In this document: piece by piece, positions 26,934 through 32,000 of the stretch
Layout of the letters: every line of letters begins with the position of its first letter
Position numbering within the stretch: the stretch's first letter is position 1
DNA from: Pirellula staleyi DSM 6068
GTDB lineage: Bacteria; Planctomycetota; Planctomycetia; Pirellulales; Pirellulaceae
DNA: 32,000 bases
Assembly: GCA_000025185.1 (NCBI GenBank)
Contig: CP001848.1
Span: 600,001 to 632,000, forward strand
Direction: 5' to 3'
Translations under genes and position numbers: made by a program
Notes under the pieces: generated by a model
The model's input: the letters and a program-made list of their open reading frames with translations, nothing else
Database searches by the model: none
Told to the model about the DNA's origin: nothing

Positions 26934-28307
26934 CTACGAAGCCGCGCGGGTCTTCTGGTCGCGCGCGAGCTGCAACTCCATCTGACCGATGAGTGTTTGC
27001 AACGTGCGGCGATAGGCGAAGTATTCTACTTCCAGCTGATGTCGCGGTGAATCGACAAATCGAATACCGCCGCGAAGATCGCGCGAGTCGCTCGTTAACT
27101 TTTGGCGAAACGTGGCCAGGGCCGTTGCCCCGCACTCTTCCGCTTCGATCAGCTGCGCCATGAGCTTCCCTTGCCAGTAGGAAAGTCCCCACAATCCGCT
27201 GTTCGGCTGAATCAGTCCGGCGAACATCAAACTCGAAATCTGGCGATGAAAGGCCTGCAAATAGAGCTCGCAGCGACCGCTCTGGCCAAACACGTGATCG
27301 GTGGAGAAAAACGGAAACGAGACTTTATAACCTGTCGCCAGGAGCACTAAATCGAACGCCTCGCGCGAGCCATCTTGGAACAGCACTTCACTGCCTTCGA
27401 AGCGGTCGATCCCGGGGCGCACCTGCACCCGACCATGCCCGACGAAGTAAGGCAACTGCGAGTTGATGATTGGATGCGTTTCGAACAGGTCGTGATCGGG
27501 ACGTGGCAATCCATAACGCTGGATCGGTCCGACAGCCACATAGAGCAGCAGCTTGGTGATCCAGCGACGAATAGCAAGTGGAAGTCCCCAGCGATGGAGT
27601 CGCTCGCCACCCGAGTCGGTCGGCCCACCGAGCAAAAACTTGGGGAGGAAATGATAGCCGCGCCGCAAGCTGAGGTGAGCACTCTTGGCATACAGGGCCG
27701 CTTCGACCGCGAGATCACAGCCGCTGTTGCCTCCACCGATCACCAGCACACGTTTGCCGGCCAAGATGTCGGGCGTTTTGTAGTCGTGAGCATGCACCAC
27801 CGCGCCGGTGAACTCGCCTGGAAATGTTGGAATCAGCGGATCCCAGTGATGACCTGAAGCAACGATCAGGCGCGGATAGGAAGTTCGATTCCCTGCGCGA
27901 TCTTGCACCGTCCAGCGGTTGTTTTCGAGCTTGGCCGAAGTGACTTCGGTTTGAAAGGTGATCTCGTCATACAGCCGATGATGCCGGGCATAGTCGCGCA
28001 GATAAGCGTGCGCTTGCCAGTGCGAAGGATAAGGCGGAAATTCCTTCGGCATCGGAAAGTCGGGGAACTCGGTCATGCGCTTCGACGAAATCAGATGGGT
28101 CGAAGCAAACACACTGCTGGTCGGGCGACCGTAGTACCAATTTCCCCCCACATCATCCTCGCGTTCGAGGATCACCAACGGAAGCGATCGCGCGCGAAGC
28201 TGTCCCGCCACGGCAAGTCCCGACGGTCCCGCGCCGATGATGCACGTGGCATCGCTGGAGCGTAGTTCGGCGTCTTCGGTACGTTTTTGTTCACTCGGCA
28301 AACTCAT
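26934..28307 (-). CDS. Flavin-containing monooxygenase (class B, FMO/BVMO-like)
   Basis: 457 aa. FAD motif GAGPSGLA. ...DVGGNWYY. FMO motif FTGAVVHAHDY (FxGxxxHxxxY). NADPH motif GGGNSGCD. Confidence 0.85.
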   Translation of the reverse strand: MSLPSEQKRTEDAELRSSDATCIIGAGPSGLAVAGQLRARSLPLVILEREDDVGGNWYYGRPTSSVFASTHLISSKRMTEFPDFPMPKEFPPYPSHWQAHAYLRDYARHHRLYDEITFQTEVTSAKLENNRWTVQDRAGNRTSYPRLIVASGHHWDPLIPTFPGEFTGAVVHAHDYKTPDILAGKRVLVIGGGNSGCDLAVEAALYAKSAHLSLRRGYHFLPKFLLGGPTDSGGERLHRWGLPLAIRRWITKLLLYVAVGPIQRYGLPRPDHDLFETHPIINSQLPYFVGHGRVQVRPGIDRFEGSEVLFQDGSREAFDLVLLATGYKVSFPFFSTDHVFGQSGRCELYLQAFHRQISSLMFAGLIQPNSGLWGLSYWQGKLMAQLIEAEECGATALATFRQKLTSDSRDLRGGIRFVDSPRHQLEVEYFAYRRTLQTLIGQMELQLARDQKTRAAS

Positions 28308-28472
28308 CCTGCCATGATGCCTGCGGAAGTCGCTTCACTCAAGCGGACGGCACGCGTGGCGAGTTCAGATCGGCCCAGATCGACCGATTTTGGCCGATTT
28401 TCGGCCGGTGCAGTTCCGTACGCACCAGAAAAGGGACTCGGAATCGTCCGCAGAGCGAACTAGACTGAGAAT

Positions 28473-28946
28473 ATGGACCCTCTTTTGTCACCCCCCGTCG
28501 CACTCCGCATTCGGGTCGCACCCGAGCCGATCTCGATCACGAGTTGGCCGCTGCGCGACGAGCCGGTGAAGTCGATGCTGATGATCGTGGCCAGTGGAGC
28601 AGTGGTGACGCTCGTAACTGTTGCCTCGCAAAGCTTTTGGGTCGGCATCGCAGCGTTCATTTTGCTCGGCTGCACGATGTGGCGCACCATGCTGCCGATT
28701 ACGTATTCGATCGGCCAAACAGGGGTGCGGATGGAGCTGCTTGGGCGGTCGTCGCTCATTCCCTGGGGGGCGGTGCAATCGATTCGCACCTACCCCAGCG
28801 GTGTGCTGCTCCTCCCCGATCGCCAGCAAAACTTATTCACGCCGCTGCGTGGCGTGGTGATCCCGCTCCAGGGACACAAAGCGGAAGTACAAGCGCTGCT
28901 GGATTACTACCTGCAGCAGCCCGATCCCATCACCCACCATCGCTAG
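28473..28946 (+). CDS. Hypothetical membrane protein (2 TM followed by a small soluble domain)
   Basis: 157-aa ORF. TM stretches MLMIVASGAVVTLVTVA and FWVGIAAFILLGC. Two other frames also carry ORFs here, but those are Arg/Ala-rich and look like frame-shadow ORFs. Confidence 0.45.
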   Translation: MDPLLSPPVALRIRVAPEPISITSWPLRDEPVKSMLMIVASGAVVTLVTVASQSFWVGIAAFILLGCTMWRTMLPITYSIGQTGVRMELLGRSSLIPWGAVQSIRTYPSGVLLLPDRQQNLFTPLRGVVIPLQGHKAEVQALLDYYLQQPDPITHHR

Positions 28947-28967
28947 TGCCAATTCTCCGCTACCGAC

Positions 28968-30749
28968 TTAGTAGTTCACCTGGAACTGACAGCGGAGCAA
29001 ATCTCCTTCAAACTGGCGATAGCTCAGCTCGCCCGAACGGTTGATCGCCGTGGTATTCGTGCGATCGGTAAGGGTGTAGTTGAGAGTCAACTCCATCTGC
29101 GGATTGATCTGCCACTCAGCCCCCGCTTCCCATTCCTCGATGAAGCTAAACGGGGCATTACGCTCGGGCTTATAACCACCCTTATACTTATTATAGCGCA
29201 GAAACGGGATCCAGGTGCCATAGCAGGCGGTCTCATAACGATACATCATCATGGCATAGCCACCATAGAGATGGCGCTCGATCACTTCCGTTTGAGCATC
29301 ATTCAAGCCGGGGCCACGTCCCACGTTCCACTCCGCCTGGAAGCCGAAGGGCTGGGGATAGTAGACGAAGGTAGCTGCGATTCGTTCGTCGCGAATACCT
29401 GCTTTTCCTGTGTTTCCTGACGTTCCATCGGGTGTATCCGAGACAACACCACCTCCTGGAAAGATGGTCGAGCCGAGGACCGTGTACTTACCGGTGTAAG
29501 CCTGGATGCCAGTCTCCACGCATTGACCATTTTCAAACTGCCAGGGAAGCGTGAGACGCGTGACAATATGAATATTGTCATTCTGTTCTTGCAGCGATCC
29601 ACCCTGGCCGTTGTGAGCACCGAACCCAAACATACCGTAGTTACCCGAACCTTTAAGACCTTCGTCGAGCACCATCTTAAAGAAGTCTTGGGCATACTTA
29701 GGAGTGTAATAATAGAAGACACCTAGATCGCGTTCGTTACGTACAGCGCTGTTGAGTGCATCATTACGGTCGAGCACGAGGCGATTCGAACTCGATTGCA
29801 AGTTTTCCCAACCGTAAGGAATCTTGGACTGCCCGACACGAATACGATGGACTTTGTCGATGTCGAGGTAGCAGTCGGCATACCAGTCGCGAATTTGCGT
29901 GAACTGATTGGCATCGGTGCTGCCAGGCACGCTCGAAGCGAAGTCGGGCTGCAAATAGACATACATATGATCCGACACATCGCCCGAGAGAATCACGCGG
30001 GCTCGGCGGATGAGGAAGTTCTGATCGTCCCCCACGGAGCGATCACCAGTGTGCTGTGCAGGAGCACCAGCAGGGTCTTCGTCGAGGATGCCGTTGATGC
30101 GGAACTGGGCATAGCCGCGAATGCTGAGCTTGTCGTACCACTTTTTGGGCTTCTCGCCGGGCTTTTGCACCATATCACGCGAGTGATAGGTCTGCTGCGC
30201 GATGGTTTCGATTTCGGGATCTTGGACCCCCTGCCAATACTCGCCGAGACTTCCGAGCGGCGCGACATCGGGGTCTTGGATCCCTTCGATCGGTATATGA
30301 CCGGCGGCCAAAGCAGCTTCCACGCGCTCGAGACGTGCCATCACATCGTGCGGATGGGGTTCGCCCGGCGCGGGTGGCAGCGGCATCGGAGCAGGAGGCG
30401 CAACTGGCATTCCGCGGGCTGGATCGACGACCACCGGCTGTGGAAATCCGATCGGCTGCACGGGTGGCGTGGCGGGAGTCGGTTGCTGCCAAGCGACCTG
30501 CGCCACCGGCGGCTGATAAACGCCAGCTTGGGGAGCCGCCATTGGCTGCGGTGGTTGCGGCGCGAATTGCGTCGGTGGCTGCTGCACGGGCCACGAGACA
30601 GACGGAGCAGGCAGATAGCTTGACTGCGGAGCCTGCGCAAACGAGGCAACTGGCGTCAATAACCCAAGCATCGCAAGAATCGCAATTTGACCAAAAGCCA
30701 GTGACAACGGGCGATGGCGATTCTGGGGCAAGTGGGCGATGCGGGTCAT
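28968..30749 (-). CDS. Outer-membrane beta-barrel porin (OprO/OprP-like) with a long Pro/Gln-rich N-terminal linker
   Basis: 593 aa. Signal peptide ...AILAMLGLLTPVASFA/QAP. About 100 aa of P/Q/A-rich sequence follows. The rest shows alternating beta-strand-like patterns (KLSIRGYAQFRI..., ...LTLNYTLTDR...) and ends QFQVNY with a terminal aromatic residue. Confidence 0.6.
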   Translation of the reverse strand: MTRIAHLPQNRHRPLSLAFGQIAILAMLGLLTPVASFAQAPQSSYLPAPSVSWPVQQPPTQFAPQPPQPMAAPQAGVYQPPVAQVAWQQPTPATPPVQPIGFPQPVVVDPARGMPVAPPAPMPLPPAPGEPHPHDVMARLERVEAALAAGHIPIEGIQDPDVAPLGSLGEYWQGVQDPEIETIAQQTYHSRDMVQKPGEKPKKWYDKLSIRGYAQFRINGILDEDPAGAPAQHTGDRSVGDDQNFLIRRARVILSGDVSDHMYVYLQPDFASSVPGSTDANQFTQIRDWYADCYLDIDKVHRIRVGQSKIPYGWENLQSSSNRLVLDRNDALNSAVRNERDLGVFYYYTPKYAQDFFKMVLDEGLKGSGNYGMFGFGAHNGQGGSLQEQNDNIHIVTRLTLPWQFENGQCVETGIQAYTGKYTVLGSTIFPGGGVVSDTPDGTSGNTGKAGIRDERIAATFVYYPQPFGFQAEWNVGRGPGLNDAQTEVIERHLYGGYAMMMYRYETACYGTWIPFLRYNKYKGGYKPERNAPFSFIEEWEAGAEWQINPQMELTLNYTLTDRTNTTAINRSGELSYRQFEGDLLRCQFQVNY

Positions 30750-31000
30750 TGAGAGTAACTCAGTCGATAAAGGATGAGTGTGACGGTGTCGCTACCTTCG
30801 TTAATATCGCTACAACCGGACCTGTAAGTTGACTGAATTCTGCCCAGCCTCGACCATCTCTTATGACCTCGCCGGAGCTTGAAGATCGTTTACTTGCGAG
30901 ATGCTTTGAAGCCTGATTTTCCGGAGTCAAACCCTCGTCAAACAAGTCCTAGCGTCACCTAACAAACACCCCCAACTGGGGGCTACTTCATCTATTTTTA

Positions 31001-31015
31001 ACGTGAACTTCACGT
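31001..31015. promoter_or_regulatory. Perfect 15-bp palindrome ACGTGAA-C-TTCACGT in the porin / Pup-like intergenic region
   Basis: Read directly. The 7-bp arms are exact reverse complements. The binding factor is unknown. Confidence 0.3.
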
Positions 31016-31453
31016 CCCCTAGAATGGAATGCGACCAGATCAGGGATGGCGTGATCTGGTGCGTGAGCGCCGATTTTTCGAAGCTTACGAAAAAGTTATC
31101 TTGTGACTCATTCTGCACCCAACCTCCCAAGCACCCCATACTGAGCAAGCCACCACGAAAGCGACGGGCTGTGTCAGCACCTGGGCCTGCTGCAGTCGGA
31201 GAAGCGGCTTGAGAAACTCACAATGGGAGCCCAACCTGCACGTATTTTGGGGGCCGATTGCGGGTAACACAGCGGATCAAAAAGTTTGCGGCGGGGTGGC
31301 TGACGAGTTAGTATGATTTGGTGGTTAGGGCAGAGCCCCAAATGGGCTGACTGCCGAACGACCACCGGTCGCAATCGCCACTCCCTGCGGCGAGTTGCAC
31401 TGCTCGTTGGACCTCTCTTCGTTCGCTCCCCTGCTTTGCAAAAGGTGATTCAC

Positions 31454-31630
31454 GTGGAAGAAGCCTCTACCCTGGCGCTCTCGCCATCCGGTGTTAGCAA
31501 GTCGCTCCCAGCGACTGCACAGCCTGCCGCTGAAGTCCTTAACCGCTTGGCCAGTGATGTTGCCCGCGACGCCGAAATCAGCCCTGAAAACTACCTCGCT
31601 GAATCGATCGTTCCGTTTGGCGGCGAATAG
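31454..31630 (+). CDS. Pup-like (prokaryotic ubiquitin-like) small protein ending in Gly-Gly-Glu
   Basis: This lies inside track ORF 31313..31630. GTG 31454 is preceded by AAGGTGA with a 5-nt spacer. Product: MEEASTLALSPSGVSKSLPATAQPAAEVLNRLASDVARDAEISPENYLAESIVPFGGE (58 aa). It has a disordered A/S/P-rich N-terminus, an acidic helical C-terminal half and a terminal GGE. It sits directly upstream of a Pup-ligase-family gene. Confidence 0.6.
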   Translation: MEEASTLALSPSGVSKSLPATAQPAAEVLNRLASDVARDAEISPENYLAESIVPFGGE

Positions 31631-31632
31631 TT

Positions 31633-32000
31633 GTGCGTCGCCAGCGCGGGGCCATTTTCGAGCGCCTGGTGGGGCTCGAAACCGAGTATGCTCTCCTGCG
31701 ACCAGCCACCGCCGATAACGATGGCTATAGTCGTTTCGAGGTGTTTCGCGCGCTCGTAGCCTCCCTTCGCACACGCATCCCTGCCGTCGCAGCACAGCAC
31801 TTCAAAGAAGGTGTGTTTCACGCTGCTGGTGGTGCCGTTTGGTTCGAAACCGAGCGGATCAGTAGCGGGGGAGGCCTTGTCGAAGGTTCCTCTCCCGAGT
31901 GTCGCGGGCCGATGCAGGTGCTCATCTGGCAGAAGGCTCAAGATAAACTGCTCGCAGCTGCCCTCGACGATGCCACCGATGGTGAAACCAAGCTGATCAA
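31633..32000 (+). CDS. Pup ligase/deamidase family protein (PafA/Dop-like), N-terminal 122 aa; continues past the window end
   Basis: Absent from the track because it is edge-truncated. GTG 31633 lies 2 nt after the Pup-like stop. Product: VRRQRGAIFERLVGLETEYALL...VFHAAGGAVWFETER..GGGLVEGSSPECRGP...ETKLI. It parallels the PafA/Dop motifs R-I-x-G-x-ETE[FY]G and NGARxYxD...PEY(A/S)TPEC in the same order. Confidence 0.7.
   Translation, partial: MRRQRGAIFERLVGLETEYALLRPATADNDGYSRFEVFRALVASLRTRIPAVAAQHFKEGVFHAAGGAVWFETERISSGGGLVEGSSPECRGPMQVLIWQKAQDKLLAAALDDATDGETKLI

Noticed and set aside
28386-28406. Tandem GATTTTGGCC / GATTTTCGGCC in the FMO / membrane-protein divergent region
   Set aside because: It is a very short two-copy repeat of low information content, with no supporting context.
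31313-31453. N-terminal 47 codons of the 105-aa track ORF (MIWWLGQSPKWADCRTTTGRNRH...)
   Set aside because: The Trp/Arg/Cys-rich composition is unlike the rest of the ORF, and there is no SD. A strong SD-GTG at 31454 yields a Pup-sized product.
1-32000. Search for CRISPR arrays, IS elements or integrases, toxin-antitoxin pairs and known defence-system genes
   Set aside because: I saw no repeat-spacer periodicity, terminal inverted repeats, transposase or recombinase motifs, or defence-type domain combinations in any frame I read.

Overview
GC-rich chromosomal window (high-50s % GC by eye, not computed). Gene content fits a Planctomycetota (Pirellulales-like) genome: a PVC-type heme-binding dehydrogenase, Hanks kinase/FHA signalling and many exported hypotheticals. 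I support about 28 protein-coding genes. I recognised no rRNA, tRNA, CRISPR array, transposase or integrase. Left to right: a partial Ser/Thr kinase; an FHA-EAL protein whose EAL catalytic motifs are degenerate; a divergent atypical-REC / degenerate-GGDEF (GDDHF) / CBS protein; a sugar-nucleotidyltransferase-like LbH protein; a sensor kinase plus sigma54 (NtrC-type) activator; lexA; purE-purK; a visibly AT-richer islet of exported hypotheticals; a 1006-aa PVC heme-binding dehydrogenase; hemQ/chdC; a DUF2256 zinc-ribbon gene interrupted at an A8 run, divergent from an FeS (6-4)-photolyase-like gene; an internally duplicated 666-aa membrane protein; trmB; an alpha/alpha-toroid protein, a Tat-signal DUF362 protein and a ferredoxin; an FMO-type monooxygenase; and a porin. 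The best lead is at the right edge. A 58-codon ORF hidden inside a longer track ORF encodes a Pup-like protein ending in Gly-Gly-Glu. It sits directly upstream of an edge-truncated gene with the N-terminal motifs of the Pup ligase/deamidase (PafA/Dop) family, which suggests a pupylation-like tagging module. Secondary leads are the homopolymer frameshift in DUF2256, the kinase/FHA/pseudo-c-di-GMP-enzyme cluster, a repeated post-stop hairpin element and several intergenic palindromes. All family assignments rest on motif recognition by eye; no searches were run.
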